Source: the human T2T-CHM13v2.0 reference genome, Homo sapiens. Taken from it: a stretch of DNA of 64,000 nt. The DNA is taken from the NCBI RefSeq assembly GCF_009914755.1, contig NC_060925.1. One strand, 5' to 3'. The position numbers and the translations under genes are program-made. This document shows, one piece after another, positions 1-18,990 of the stretch. Below the pieces are notes generated by a model. It was not told the origin of the DNA. It was given only the letters and a program-made list of their open reading frames with translations, and searched no databases. How positions within the stretch are numbered: the stretch's first letter is position 1; every line of letters begins with the position of its first letter.

Positions 1-118
1 TCCTACCTTGTTGGCATAATTTCTGCTGAAAAAAGTGTAAAATTTGTTGGCCTTTTAGAAAGCTTAGAATCTCCCCAAATTGCCTCTTTTAACACTTGTT
101 CTTCTATTTTCTTCCACT

Positions 119-719
119 TGAAACCAGCACTGCAAAATTATAACTGAGACAGTGAAAGAAATCTAGCTTTGCCAACTCCATCTCGCTTCTGACCTCCAAA
201 CTGTCCTTGTTCATTCCTGGGTGTAGACGGAACTAACTTTGGAGGAACTTAGTTTGTAGTTTAACTTTGAAACAAAGACAATAACAGCCCTTTCCCAGAA
301 CAAACTCCCTTCTTGCCTGGGGACTAGACTGCCTTTGTAGGACTAACAAATTAGCCAAAAGATTAGAAATTATAGTTTAGGAGTCATGCAGCTAGAGGCC
401 GCAAGATTTTGAACCTCCCCAAATTGTTCCTGGAGATAACATCACTATTATGAAACCTAAGATCAGTGCTTGAGGTATTTTGCAGATCCTGCATTTATGA
501 CTCACCTGGCACCACCCAGTTTAATAAACTGGCTCATCTGAGCTTGTGTCCCCCAACCAGAAACTGACTCAATGCAAGATTCAACTCCGTATGATTTCAT
601 CTCCGGCCCAACCAGGCAGCACTCCCGACTCACTGCCCGCCTCCGCCCACCAAATTATCCTTAAAAACTCTGATCCCCGAATTCTCAGGGAGACTGATTT
701 GAGTAATAATAAAACTCCA

Positions 720-720
<1 letters not shown>
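119..720 (+). mobile_element. LTR8-family (LTR8/LTR8A) ERV1 LTR, 3'-truncated
   Basis: Starts tgaaacc..tgcaaaattataactgagacagtgaaag and runs to gagactgatttgagtaataataaaactcc, as in the recalled LTR8 consensus; cut by an Alu. Confidence 0.85.
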
Positions 721-1036
<316 letters not shown>

Positions 1037-1054
1037 AGGTACTTCCCTTTCCCC

Positions 1055-1056
<2 letters not shown>

Positions 1057-1096
<40 letters not shown>

Positions 1097-1425
1097 TTTG
1101 AGATGGAGTTTGACTCTTGTTGCCCAGGCTGGAGTGCAGTGGCGCAATCTTGGTTCACTGCAACTTCCGCCTCCCGGGTTCAAGCAATTCTGCTTCAGCC
1201 TCCCGAGTAGAGTAGCTGGGATTACAGGTGCCCGCCACCGCACCCGGCTAATGTTTTGTTTTTTTTTTAATTTCTTTCTTTCTTTTTTTTCTTTCTTTCT
1301 TTTTTTTTTTTTTTTGTATTTTTAGTAGAGATGGGAGTTTCACAATGTTGGCCAGGGTAGTCTCGAACTCCTGGCCTCAGGTGATCCAAAGTGCTGGGAT
1401 TACAGGAGTGAGCCACTGTCCCCAG
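1057..1425 (-). mobile_element. Alu (AluS) with (TAA)n tail and expanded linker
   Basis: Reverse Alu dimer. Confidence 0.93.
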
Positions 1426-1545
1426 TGGTAAATTCTTATCTTAAGGTGGAATGCCAATATAAGAAAGGAAGTGTAGGACAAAGCTGAAGGTTTCCAAGTT
1501 GTTGAAGGTTTATGAAAGATTAATCTCATGAAAAGAATTTTGTAT

Positions 1546-1852
1546 GGCTGGGCGCAGTGGCTCACGCCTGTAATCCCAGCACTTTGGGAGGCCAAGGCGG
1601 GTGAATCACCTGAGGTCAGGAGTTTGAGACCAGCCTGACCAACATGGTGAAATCCCGTCTCTACTAAAAACACAAAAATTACCCTGGCGTGGTGGCGCAC
1701 GCCTGTAGTCCTAGCTACTCAGAAGGCTGAGGCAGGAGAATTGCTTGAACCCGGGAGGCAGAAGTTGCAGTGAGCCAAGATTGCACTACTGCACTTCAGC
1801 CTGGGTGACAGATCTAGACTCTGTCTAAAAAAAAAAAAAAAAAAAAAAAAAG
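1546..1852 (+). mobile_element. AluS
   Basis: Full dimer plus poly-A. Confidence 0.95.
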
Positions 1853-1939
1853 GTTTACGGAAATCTTATCCTGTGTGGTCAATGCTGACTGAGATTAGAT
1901 GAATTAATTTGTTTATTAGGTTTTATTAACATTAGCTTT

Positions 1940-2245
<306 letters not shown>

Positions 2246-2333
2246 TAGCTTTAGCATGAATAATATACTGACACAAAGATAGAATTTGGTTTTCTCTTTG
2301 AACATGATTTTCATATGGTATTAATAAGAGACA

Positions 2334-2643
2334 GGCCGGTGCGGTTGCGCACGCCTGTAATCCCAGCATTTTGGGAGGCTGAGGCACACAGATCACTTGA
2401 AGTTAGGAGTTCGAGACCAGCCTGGCCAACTTGGTGAGACCCTGTCTCTATTAAAAATACAAAAATTAGCCAGGCATGGTGGTGGGCGCCTGTAATTTCA
2501 GCTACTTGGGAGGCTGAGGCAGGAGGAGAATCACTTGAACCTGGGAGGTGGGGTTGCAGTGAGCCAAGATCCTGCCACTGCACTCCAGCATGGGTGACAG
2601 AGAGAGACTCTATCTCAAAAAAAAAAAAAAAAAAAAAAAAAAA
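2334..2643 (+). mobile_element. AluS
   Basis: Full dimer plus poly-A. Confidence 0.95.
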
Positions 2644-2660
2644 CAGAGAGAGAGAAAATA

Positions 2661-3032
<372 letters not shown>

Positions 3033-3124
3033 CTAGTAGTCTTATGCTATCTTTATTAGGTTTTTGTTGTTGCTGTTTAAATCAACAATTTTTATTGTTG
3101 TTTTAAATAAACATTGATTGATTT

Positions 3125-3380
3125 TTTTAATTAAATTTTTTTTATCTCCATAGGTTATTGGGGAACAGATGGTATTTGGTTACATGAGTAAGTTCTTTAG
3201 TGGTGATTTGTGAGATCTTGATGCACGCATACCCAAGCAGCATACACATAACCCAATTTGTACACGCATACCCAAGCAGCATACACATAACCCAATTTGT
3301 ACACGCATACCCAAGCAGCATACACATAACCCAATTTGTAGTCCTTTATCCCTCACCCCCTTCCCATCCTGTCCCCCAGG
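3125..3380 (-). mobile_element. L1PB-type 3' end fragment
   Basis: ggttattggggaacag..ggttacatgagtaagttctttagtggtgatttgtgag, as in the recalled L1PB1 3' UTR. Confidence 0.8.
3224..3340. repeat. Perfect tandem repeat, 39 bp x 3
   Basis: cacgcatacccaagcagcatacacataacccaatttgta at 3224, 3263 and 3302. Confidence 0.97.
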
Positions 3381-3495
3381 TCTTTTGATTGTTTGGAAAA
3401 CTGAGTCTCCTCTCTATCAAAAAACAAAGGTTTTTGCTTTCTGAAATCTTTGAATTATCACTTGGGCTAAATGACCTACTATTATTTTACAGTGA

Positions 3496-3773
<278 letters not shown>

Positions 3774-4070
3774 CTATGATTCTATTTTGATCAAGTATTT
3801 TTAATCTTAAATATTTGACATGCTTTCCAAATCAAATTTCAAATTCTAAAATCAAGTCTTTTGCAAATGGAGGCCCTGGAAGGCTAAGAGGTACATGTTA
3901 GGCTATTTGTTATGTTAAAATCATACAGAAAACATTGTCAAATAAAAAATGGTGTTCAACTTTCTTTGAGTTATATTTGTATGAATACATTATTAATATG
4001 TGTCCCAAAATTATATGAGATTCCTAAAATTCTGATATGTCTTGATATTGTCAGACATAATTATGGTTAA

Positions 4071-4359
<289 letters not shown>

Positions 4360-4551
4360 TAAAATAATAGTAGGTCATTTAGCCCAAGTGATAATTCAGT
4401 TTAGGCACCTGGCCTAAATTGTTGTATGTCATAGAAATAACCACATTCCTTGTCAATTGCATCTTTAACCATGACTTCTCTGTCTTTTGTCAACCACAAA
4501 CAATTATTATTTTACTTTGATTCGTCTTAAAAAGCAGTTTACATTCATTAA

Positions 4552-4882
<331 letters not shown>

Positions 4883-5492
4883 GATATGGGTTTCTGATAA
4901 CTTTGGAGATCATATCATTGGACTAAGTAAAAACTTTTAGAACTCTGATAAACTGATGCATTCATGAAGATTGCTAACCCAACATCAAGCAGAACAAGAA
5001 TTCATTGCATGGGACTGACCTGATAGAGGACTGGAATGATTTTTGTGACTTTTTGTTAGAAACATTGCTGAATCTTTTTATATTTGTTTCCTAGAGTCAA
5101 TAAAACTTTTTTCTTTTGAGCTCCTTATAACTTATAGCAATTAGGTAAAATATAACTTTAGGAACAAAATTGAAACAATTGTCTTTCTCTCTACCTCATT
5201 TCTCTAAACTTTGGAAACTATGAGTATTGTATTTTATGGCAATCTAGTTATTTGTAGAAATTCAATAAGAATCTGTTTTATGTAACAGGACCCAGTCAAG
5301 ACACTAGGTATTTTACCAAGGCCTTCACTCTCATAGCATATTTTCAGATATCTTGAGACTGCTTTGAGGAACTGAGATTTTGACTTTACAAAGTCAATTA
5401 AAATCTCCTTCGAAAAAGTGGCCTGGTACCTTGTGTACACAGTTCCCTTTGAAGGTTTCTGATCTTGCAGTAAGTAAAGAATGTTACTTTCT

Positions 5493-5873
<381 letters not shown>

Positions 5874-6472
5874 TTACAGGTACAGTCTAATAGTGAATCC
5901 TTGGCTTGGCTTCTTAGCCTTGAGGCTTTTAAGAGTCTGGTTTGAAATTCCTTATGAAAGGTTCAGCGAAGCCGACCTAAAGGAGTCTATATGGCTGATC
6001 ACTATTCTTGTACTTTATGCAAATAATCAGCCCAAATATAATACTAACACTTATTTGCAAGTACATCAGTCCTAGTAAGATTTATTTTGGGAAAAACGGG
6101 GACTGCAGGAAGGGAAAAGTTATGTTTCAGAAGAAAACCATAGTACACCTGTTATTCTATTCTAACCCTGCCTATTGTTAGGAGTTTTTATTATTTTCCT
6201 ACAATTTGGACTGAGTCTCCAAATGAATAGGTTTTTTTACTATGTATTTCTCGTTGTTTTACTTCTTCTGAGAAAACCAAAAGCATGAAATTCTGAAGAC
6301 TAGAGATGATTCAACAAGCAACATCAGTTGTATAAATTAGAGGCTTGACTGAGAACTATCTCGGAATAAGCCTTCCCAGGGCCGAGTTATGAAGGATGTC
6401 TATCACTCTCACCTGAGCAGAGATCGGTCACCGACACTTTCATGGGAAGCTTTTTGATCAACAGTGGGGAAA

Positions 6473-6888
6473 TGAGAAAAGAAAAGTAGCTCAGAGCAGT
6501 CTGAGCTATGTCAGGTATGCAGGCCCACCAAGACGTGAGTACGGACCAGTCCTGCTGCCCACACATCCACGCCTAGCGGTAGTTGTTTAAAGCCATTTTG
6601 TTCCTAACTAGCTGCTTTACCCTTTATCTTCATGTTCCTGGAATTTGTGATACAAAGAACAAGGTATAATCAATCAATAGTTTATGTTGTTTTAATGTCA
6701 ATTCTTGAGAAACAACTCAGAAACTGCCTCTTCTTTGTCTTTAAAAGTCCACTTGTAACCGCTACTCATCAGACTGTATATTCAGGGCAACTTGAATCTA
6801 TGCTGCCCAGCTGCCACCCCCAAGTTTGGCCCAAACAATCTCTCTACTTCTGTTAATTTTGCCTCAGCTTCTTCCTTTTAGGTCACCA
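6473..6888 (+). mobile_element. LTR49-like ERV1 3' LTR
   Basis: TG start tgagaaaagaaaagtagctcagagcagtctgagctatg, CA end ggtcacca, purine tract upstream. Confidence 0.7.
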
Positions 6889-6932
6889 TGCCAAAGAGGC
6901 ATATTTTGGGGTGGCATATTCTGGTCTGCACA
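6889..6932 (-). mobile_element. MER39/MER34-type LTR 5' fragment
   Basis: Reverse complement reads gaccagaatatgccaccccaaaatatgcctctttggca. Confidence 0.6.
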
Positions 6933-7078
6933 ATCATCCGGGCAGGAGTGTGTTCAGTTTCCACCACCTCTGATCACACCCGAACTGTCTTTCGCTTGTC
7001 CCCTCACCTTGGCATGACTGCATAGGAGCTGGTCCTTCCCCTACCCCATTCATTGCCCTTTAAGAATTGCTGTATGTG

Positions 7079-7380
<302 letters not shown>

Positions 7381-7471
7381 ATTGCTGTATGTTTTATTTG
7401 CTCCTTCTCTCTTCTCCACTGGGTGCTTCCTCCTTGTATGTAGGCTGTCAACGCTTCCAGCCTCCTGTGGT

Positions 7472-7890
7472 ATAAGGCACAAGGCAAGGCCTACAGACAG
7501 ACTCAGAGGGTAGAAACAACAAGCCATAACTCAGGTTATTACTTACGTAGATGGTGAAAGGAAAAGTAGGCAAAGATGCTAGCTCCCCATCACCCTCGCA
7601 CCAGGCAATGCTGAAGCAAAAGGGGTCAGGTGACTGCAGTGCCAGTGTTGGGACATGCTGTCACTGAAGAGCTACTGCCATGCGGCCACTAGTTTACCAC
7701 CTGCAACTGTGCCCGACATGAGGGAGGGCAAGGGAGGAAGGCCCATACATCACCAGAACCTGTTGAACTAAAAGGAAAGGGCTGAGGCATAAAATAGAAC
7801 GTAAAGAGGTTACATGAGCCGAAGTGAGGAGAGCAGCCCAGGACACACTTCCAGGCTGCCTTGGGGAGTGCACCATTAGGCCTTTGTTAC
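7472..7890 (-). mobile_element. Possible ancient solo LTR, family uncertain
   Basis: TG...CA-bounded ~420 bp segment with reverse gtaagtaataa polyA-like signal. Confidence 0.35.
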
Positions 7891-7901
7891 AAGCAGGCCT
7901 T

Positions 7902-8205
7902 TATGTTGTTGTTGTTTTGAGACAGAGTCTCACTCTGTTGCCCTGGCTGGAATGCAGCAGCACAATCTCTGCTCACTGCAACCTCCATCTCCCGGGTTCA
8001 GTTCAAGTGATTATCATGCCTCAGCCTCCCAAGTAGCTGGGATTACAGGCGCACGCCACCATGCCCGGCTAATTTTTGTATTTTTAGTAGAGATGGGGTT
8101 TCACCACGTGGACCAAGTTGGTCTGGAACTCCTGACCTCAAGAGATCTGGCCGCCATGGGCTTCCAAAGTGCTGGGATTACAGGGATGAGCCACCGTGCA
8201 CAGCC
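7902..8205 (-). mobile_element. AluS
   Basis: Reverse dimer. Confidence 0.93.
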
Positions 8206-8351
8206 TAAATTTTTTTGTGGTGGTTTTTATCTTTTTAATTTTTTTTATTTTTGTTTTTTCTTTTTCTTATTTTTTATTTTTCTTTCTTCTTTGTTTTTCT
8301 CTTTCAGTTTTATTTCTTTATTTTAGTGGTTTTTTTTTTTCACAAGTAGGT

Positions 8352-8650
8352 TTTGTTTTGTTTTGTTTTGTTGAGATTGAGTCTCGCTCTGTTGCCCAGG
8401 CTGGAGTGCAGTGGCACGATCTCAGCTCAACTGCAAGCTCCACCTCCCGGGCTCACACCACTCTCCTGCCTCAGCCTCCCAGGTAGCTGGGACTACAGGC
8501 GCCACCACGCCCTGCTAATTTTTTGTATTTTTGGTAGAGACGGAGTTTCACCGTGTTAGGCAGGATGGTCTCGATCTCCTGACCTTGTGATCCACCCACC
8601 TCGGCCTCCCAAAGTGCTGGGATTACAGGCGTGAGCCACCGCATCCAGCC
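8352..8650 (-). mobile_element. AluY-like
   Basis: gcaagctcc and caggatggtctcgatctcctgacc diagnostics. Confidence 0.9.
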
Positions 8651-8651
8651 T

Positions 8652-8979
8652 CAGAAGTAGGTTTTTAAAGGCAAAAGGAACAAGGAGTGGGCTGATACAA
8701 GGTTGTCTGCCAGGACTCCTCACTGGAGGACGGGGAGAACACTGGATGCTGATTGGCTCTACGTTGCTGAGCTATAGCATTTGATGCTAGTGCAGGGCAT
8801 TTTATGGCTACTTGGCATCAGTGAGTCTAGAGCCCACATAGCAAGTGGCTTCAAGAGGAAATTATTTAGCTCAAGGGGGAGTGAGAGGCAGCTTCTGTCA
8901 CATTTTAAATGTTTCTCTGGGCCTGATCTTTTAAAAGTACTCACATTCCTCAGATTAAAAGTTTTCTTTTTCTTTCTCA
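8652..8979 (-). mobile_element. LTR37-like ERV1 LTR, partial
   Basis: Reverse start tgagaaagaaaaagaaaacttttaatctgaggaatg..ccccttgagctaaataat. Confidence 0.65.
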
Positions 8980-9241
8980 AACCTGAGAAGTGATGGGAAA
9001 TGATCTCATGCCATCCTCTCAGGAAGGTAGGAGTCGGGTTGAAAACGGTCTTGCAGCGTCTCACAAGCCTCCCATGACTCCATGCTCCCGGAGTATCACA
9101 GGCTGATCAAATTAAATCCAGACTCACCTTCCACTGCAATTCAAGCCTGGCCTCTGTGGCCTCTGTGGGTATGAACCAGGTCCCCAGGGCACTATTCCCC
9201 TGCACAAACCACTCCACACGTTTCCCGAACTTTTCTCTGGC

Positions 9242-9889
<648 letters not shown>

Positions 9890-10202
9890 CTGACAGACTG
9901 GCATTTAACTGCATTTTATTTTGCCTCTCTTATTCCTAGGTCGTTCCATCCTCATGGCACCAAGAGGCACCTCCTCAGCAGCCCAGCACCCAGGCTCCTT
10001 CATGCAAAGATGCCCTTCTATGATTGTCTCTGTGCAGCTCCTGCCAGGCCTGTGCATCTGCAGATGCTCTCAGGCCACCCAGGGCCCCAGCAAAGGTTTG
10101 GGCAGCCGCAGACAGATCCTCAGGCCTGGCCTAGAGATGTGAATTTTCAGACACCTGTCGCCATCCACAGCTGCTCAGGCTAGTCCCAGAGGACCCCGGG
10201 TC

Positions 10203-10296
10203 TGGGCTTGCAGGTAAAATACAGGATGCCCTGCTGAAGTTCAGTGTCAGATAAGCAAGAAATAATGTTCTAATGTAAGTAAGCCCTAAATGATGT

Positions 10297-10348
<52 letters not shown>

Positions 10349-10710
10349 TTTTTTTGAGACAAAGGCTCACTCTGTTGCCCAGGCTAGAGTTCAGTGGCAC
10401 CATCTTGACTCACTGCAACCTCTACCTCCTGGGTTCAAGTGATTCTTGTGCCTCGGCCTCCGAATAGCTGAGGCTACAGGCGTTTGCCACCACAACTGGC
10501 TACCTTTTGTATTTTGGGTAGAGACGGGGTTTTACCATGTTGGCCAGGCTGATCTTGAATCCCTGGCTTCAAGTGATCTGCCTGCCTTGGCCTCCCAAGT
10601 GCTGGGATTACAGGCGTGAGCCATTGCTCCCGGCCAACATACTTAAAAAGTATTTGTTTACCTGAAATTCAAATTTAACTGAGCATCCTGTATTTTTATT
10701 TGTTACCCTA
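10203..10710. mobile_element. MER53 palindromic MITE, split by an Alu
   Basis: Arms aaaatacaggatgc and ctgaaattcaaatttaactgagcatcctgtatttt..acccta. Confidence 0.8.
10300..10635 (-). mobile_element. Alu with (TA)n microsatellite tail
   Basis: Reverse dimer preceded by (TA)n and poly-T. Confidence 0.93.
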
Positions 10711-11074
10711 CTGGGGCCGTGAGGAGAGCCCCTCCTCAATAAGGCACTTCCGGTGGGGTTTTCCTGCACATACCTCGGAAGATCTCCTGGACCAAAAGCT
10801 GCCCAGAAGCTGGAGAGCTCGCCACATGCCCTGACTCCAAGCAGCGGCAGACTCTTCTCAGGCCACCCAGTCCTGGATCAGGAACTCTACCTAGCACCAG
10901 AGACCCGGAGTCTCCAAAATTGAGAAGAGCTCACCTTATAAAATAAAAAGCTGTGAGAACTTCCATTCCTCCTCCCCAAGATTCTAAAGAAATGACAGCA
11001 GATTTGGCCATAGCTCATGGTACCCCAAATCCAGGAAAAAAAAAAAAAGGCAGACTAGTACAACTAAGAACTAA

Positions 11075-12570
<1,496 letters not shown>

Positions 12571-12597
12571 GATTTCGGCGAATCTTTTGTCTCCTAA

Positions 12598-12925
<328 letters not shown>

Positions 12926-12926
12926 T

Positions 12927-13241
12927 CTTTTTACTTTTGTTTTGTTTTGTTTTGTTTTGAGATGGAGTCTCACTCTGTCACCCAGGCTGGAGAGCAAGGG
13001 GCAATCTTGGCTCACTGCAATCTCCACCTCCCAAGTTCAAGCGATCCTCCTGCCTCAGCCTCTTGAGTAGCTGAGATTATAGGCACGCCACCACAACTGG
13101 CTAATTTTTTTGTATATTTACTAGAGATGAGGTTTCACCATGTTCGAGGCTAGGCTGGCCTCGAACACCTGACCTCAAATGATCCCCCGCCTCAGCCTCC
13201 CAAAGTACTGGGTTTACAGGCATGAGCCACCGCGCCTGGCC
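12927..13241 (-). mobile_element. AluS
   Basis: Reverse dimer. Confidence 0.92.
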
Positions 13242-13360
13242 CTAATTCTCCTTTCTATGTGATCTCTCCACCCCCTCTCTGACTTTCACAGAACCCTCTC
13301 CCACAGCAAGCATGAAACATTTTGAAATTCATAGGCTGTCATCAAGATTTTGGAGGGAGT

Positions 13361-13491
13361 AGCCGGGCAGTGGCTGGCTCATGCCTATAATCCCAACATT
13401 TTGAGAGGCCAAGGCAAGAGGATCACTTGAGCCTAGGAGTTTGAGGCCAGCCTGGGCAACATAGCAGGACCCTGTCTCTATTTAAAAAAAA
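13361..13491 (+). mobile_element. FLAM_C or Alu left monomer
   Basis: Single monomer plus A-tail. Confidence 0.85.
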
Positions 13492-13541
13492 AGGATTTTG
13501 GAAGTGGGAATGGATAAGGGGCTCACACCACAAAAATGTAA

Positions 13542-13938
<397 letters not shown>

Positions 13939-13949
13939 TCCTCTCTCCA

Positions 13950-14654
<705 letters not shown>

Positions 14655-14950
14655 TAAAATTAGTCCTTTTCCCTTGTTCATGGCAAAGGAGTTTCTCCTT
14701 TCTACTGATTTTTTTTTTTGACACTTGTAGGCTGACTTCAGGATTTTACCTCCCTGAAGCATGCTTGGTATTTTCCTAGAGATACATATTTCTACCTAAG
14801 AAGGATTCTTTTGCACCTCCTTACGTTAAGGATGTTTCTATTGTTATAACGTAGACCTTTGCAGGATTACCTCCCAGTAAGATCACAGGTGGTGGGTGGA
14901 TGAATGAGGAAGGGGGAGAAATATTCTTGAGTCAGCATCGTTTGAACTAA

Positions 14951-15315
<365 letters not shown>

Positions 15316-15324
15316 ACTCTTGCT

Positions 15325-15432
15325 GTTTTAAGTAATGTAAGGGCATTGCATATAGGATCTCATTTCAGCCTCACAACAGGCCTATGAGATAGGTAGAAAG
15401 AGACTCCCATTTCACAAGTGAGGACACTAAAC
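15325..15432 (-). mobile_element. MIR fragment
   Basis: atctcatttcagcctcacaacaggcctatgagataggta..cccatttcacaagtgagga. Confidence 0.7.
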
Positions 15433-15617
15433 AACAAATTGCCACTGAATGCTCTGCGGCTGAGCAGAGATGACAGGCTAGCTAGGAAAGGCTTGTGGAT
15501 AGAACCCTGCCTTGTGGATCAGCTGGGAATTTGACTTGCCCTCCCGGATGGACAACTAGAAACTACCAGGCAGGGGTAGAGGGAGGTCTGGAAGATTTCA
15601 ATCAGGCACAGATATGG

Positions 15618-15970
15618 GTTTTTTTGTTTGTTTGTTTGTCTTTTTGTGTATTTATTTTATTTTATTTTATTTTTATTTATTTATTTTTGAGACGGCGTCT
15701 CACTGTGTCACCCAGGCTGGAGTGCAGTGGCGCCATCTCAGCTCACTGCAACCTCCGCCTCCTGCGTTCAAGTGATTCTCCTGCCTCGGCCTCCTGAGTA
15801 GCTGGGACTATAGGCGTCCACCACTACCCCCAGCTAATTTTTTGTATTTTTAGTAGAGATGGGCTTTCACCATGTTGGGCAGGCTGGTCTCAAACTGCTG
15901 ACCTCGTGATTCGCCTGCCTCGGCCTCCCAAAGTGCTGGGATTACAGGCGTGAGCCACCACACCCGGCCA
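15618..15970 (-). mobile_element. AluS (Sg-like)
   Basis: Reverse dimer; TSD cagatatggg. Confidence 0.94.
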
Positions 15971-16334
15971 GATATGGGATTTTTATGAGAGAAGGCTTTG
16001 CTACTGTTCTTACGGAAGGATTAGATGCATAATTAGATGCTGTCTTGTGTTGGGAAATAGGAAGGCCCCAGCGATGTGGAGACAGGGCGCTGGAAAGGAA
16101 GGGCCCAGACGAAGCTGCACCAGGTTCCTGGGAATAGAAAATAGTTCCCTTAAACCAGGGATGCAAAGGGACCGGCTCTGTTTGCTTGTTAATCACATTA
16201 GCTATTGTAGATCATGAACCTCCAGCTCGTAAACATAGCGTTGTATACTCTGAGTTCTTTCTGTGGCTTATTCCATGTTTTTGCTGCCTTTGTAATCCTC
16301 TTAGATGATGGCAGCCTACTTCCTTTGTGATTAA

Positions 16335-16685
<351 letters not shown>

Positions 16686-16699
16686 TCTTTTTAACATTA

Positions 16700-16885
16700 T
16701 AATTATTTTGAAAATTTCAATAGTTTTGGGGGTACAGGTGGTTTTTGGGGTACATGGACGAGTTCTACAGTGTGAATTCTGAGATGCTGGTGCATCTGCA
16801 CCTGAGCAGTGTACCCTGAACCCAATATGTATTCTCTTATCCCTCATCCCCCTCCTCACCTCCCACTTCCCCAAGTCCCCAAAGT
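16700..16885 (-). mobile_element. L1PB-type 3' end fragment
   Basis: ttttgggggtacaggtggtttttggggtacatgga..gagcagtgtacc. Confidence 0.8.
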
Positions 16886-17169
16886 TCCTTACAGGGACAA
16901 AGTTTTAAAGGCAAACTACAGCTTGCATCCAGATAAGGTAATGGGAGAGCAAATCTAGAGAGAGTTTCTGAAAGAAAGAGAATTCAGAGGGGAGGAGGCT
17001 GGGAAGACACAGCCACCCTCCACTGCCTCTGCCCTTTGCCCTGAGTTCTCCTCCTAGAACTTTGAGGTCATAACAACCAATACAACAAGTGGGCTCTGTA
17101 AGCTTCCTGATTTAGATAAATTGGCTGTGAAATGGGAAGTCTGAATACGGACTTGGTATTAGATGCCAC

Positions 17170-17520
17170 TGTCTTAGGGTTCTCTAGAGGGACAGAACTA
17201 TTAGGATATATATATATATACACACACACACACACCATATATAAATATATAAATATATATACACCATATATAAATATATATACACCATATATAAATATAT
17301 ATAAAAATATATATATACATATATATATATAAATAAAGGGGAGCTTATTAAGTACTAACTCACGTGATCACAAGGTCCCACCATAGGCCGTCTGCAGGCT
17401 GAGGAGCAAGGAAGCCAGTCTGAGTCACCAAACTGAAGAACTTGGAGTCTGATGTTCAAGGGCAGGAAGCATCCAGCCTGGGAGAAAGATGTCCGCTGCG
17501 AGTCTAGGCCAGTCTAGTCC
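17170..17520 (-). mobile_element. MLT2A (ERVL LTR), 5'-truncated, with internal AT-rich repeat at 17207-17335
   Basis: tgtcttagggttctctagagggacagaacta..aactgaagaacttggagtctgatgttc. Confidence 0.85.
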
Positions 17521-18261
17521 AAGGACAGCTGTGAAGCTCTTGGTTGGTATAGCTGTGACTACGGCACAGCAAACCAGGCGGCGGTGCAGCCCACGCAACC
17601 CCGAGGCCATTGGTGCCTTTTGTGGACGGCTAGGCCAGAGCCTTTTCTGTCGAAGTCAAGTGCAGAGTTCGGGCAATGCACCGTGTGAGTGTGTCAGCAA
17701 TCTCCAAGTTCTCGAGGTGTGCACTGAAGAGGTCCTCCCACCCTGAGGTTGTTGGGCAGAAAATGCAGGTGATTCAAATAAACTGGGGCTGAGCCCTCAA
17801 TGGCTAGGATAAGTGATATGCTCCAGTCTCTGCTTTGTTCAAAAGGGACTTGGGCCAAAGGCTGCATTTATCTTGGCAAATGTTTTATTTAAGAAAGCCC
17901 AACACATTTATTTCAGTCAACACATTCCTTATTGAACACTCAACAGTCAACACAGCCTCAGAAAAAAATATGAGTAAGTAATTAATGTTGTATCTGAAAG
18001 GAAAGAAAAGCTTCAATCTCTGTGGTTTCGATAACAGCTGCTAAAATGTCAGAACCAGGTTTTCAGAACTTTCCCACCAGTGGAGATGGGGCTAGATGGT
18101 GGATTTTGGAAGAGGCAGCCTAGTCATGGCTTTCTTTTGCAGCTCGGCATCTGTTCATCCCCTCAGAACTGCCCCAGGCCTTCAGCCTCCCTATTAAATG
18201 ACCCCCCTCCTCTCAGGCCAGAGGATAGAATCCAAACTGAGTCAGAGAAATTCTGTCCCCA

Positions 18262-18412
18262 GGGCCAGGCTTGGTAGCTTCTGCCTGTAATCCCAGCACT
18301 TTGGGAGGTCGAGATGGGAGGATTGCTTGAGGCCAGGAGTTTGAGACCAGCCTGGGCAACATCGTGAGACCCTGTCTCTATTTTTTTAAAAAAAAGATTT
18401 AAAAAAAAAGAA
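18262..18412 (+). mobile_element. FLAM_C or Alu left monomer
   Basis: Single monomer plus A-tail. Confidence 0.85.
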
Positions 18413-18671
18413 AAAATCTGTCACCCAGGAGCTTGTAATTGGGACAGAGATTCTGGCTAGGTAGGTGTGGTTGCAGGAGCTGGAAAGTGATGTTGATTCA
18501 GGGGTGAAGAAACCATCATACCCACTGTTGTACACGCCACTGTACCCAAGCTTTAGGGATGTGGAGCATTACGTTATATGTAAGATGCAGGGTGTCTGTC
18601 CCTTCAATACACTCAAACTCTTTCAAGCAAGAAATATGACATATTCATTTTATTGAATACAACAGACTACG

Positions 18672-18990
<319 letters not shown>

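Noticed and set aside
3142-3388. Repeat-containing peptides (HAYPSSIHITQFV x3)
   Set aside because: Artefact of the 39-bp DNA triplication in an L1 3' UTR
10203-10710. miR-1302-type miRNA in MER53
   Set aside because: The hairpin centre is disrupted by an Alu and the mature-like sequence is degraded
17170-17520. MLT2A as a DUX4-driven embryonic promoter
   Set aside because: The LTR 5' portion, which as I recall carries the DUX4 motif, is missing from this copy
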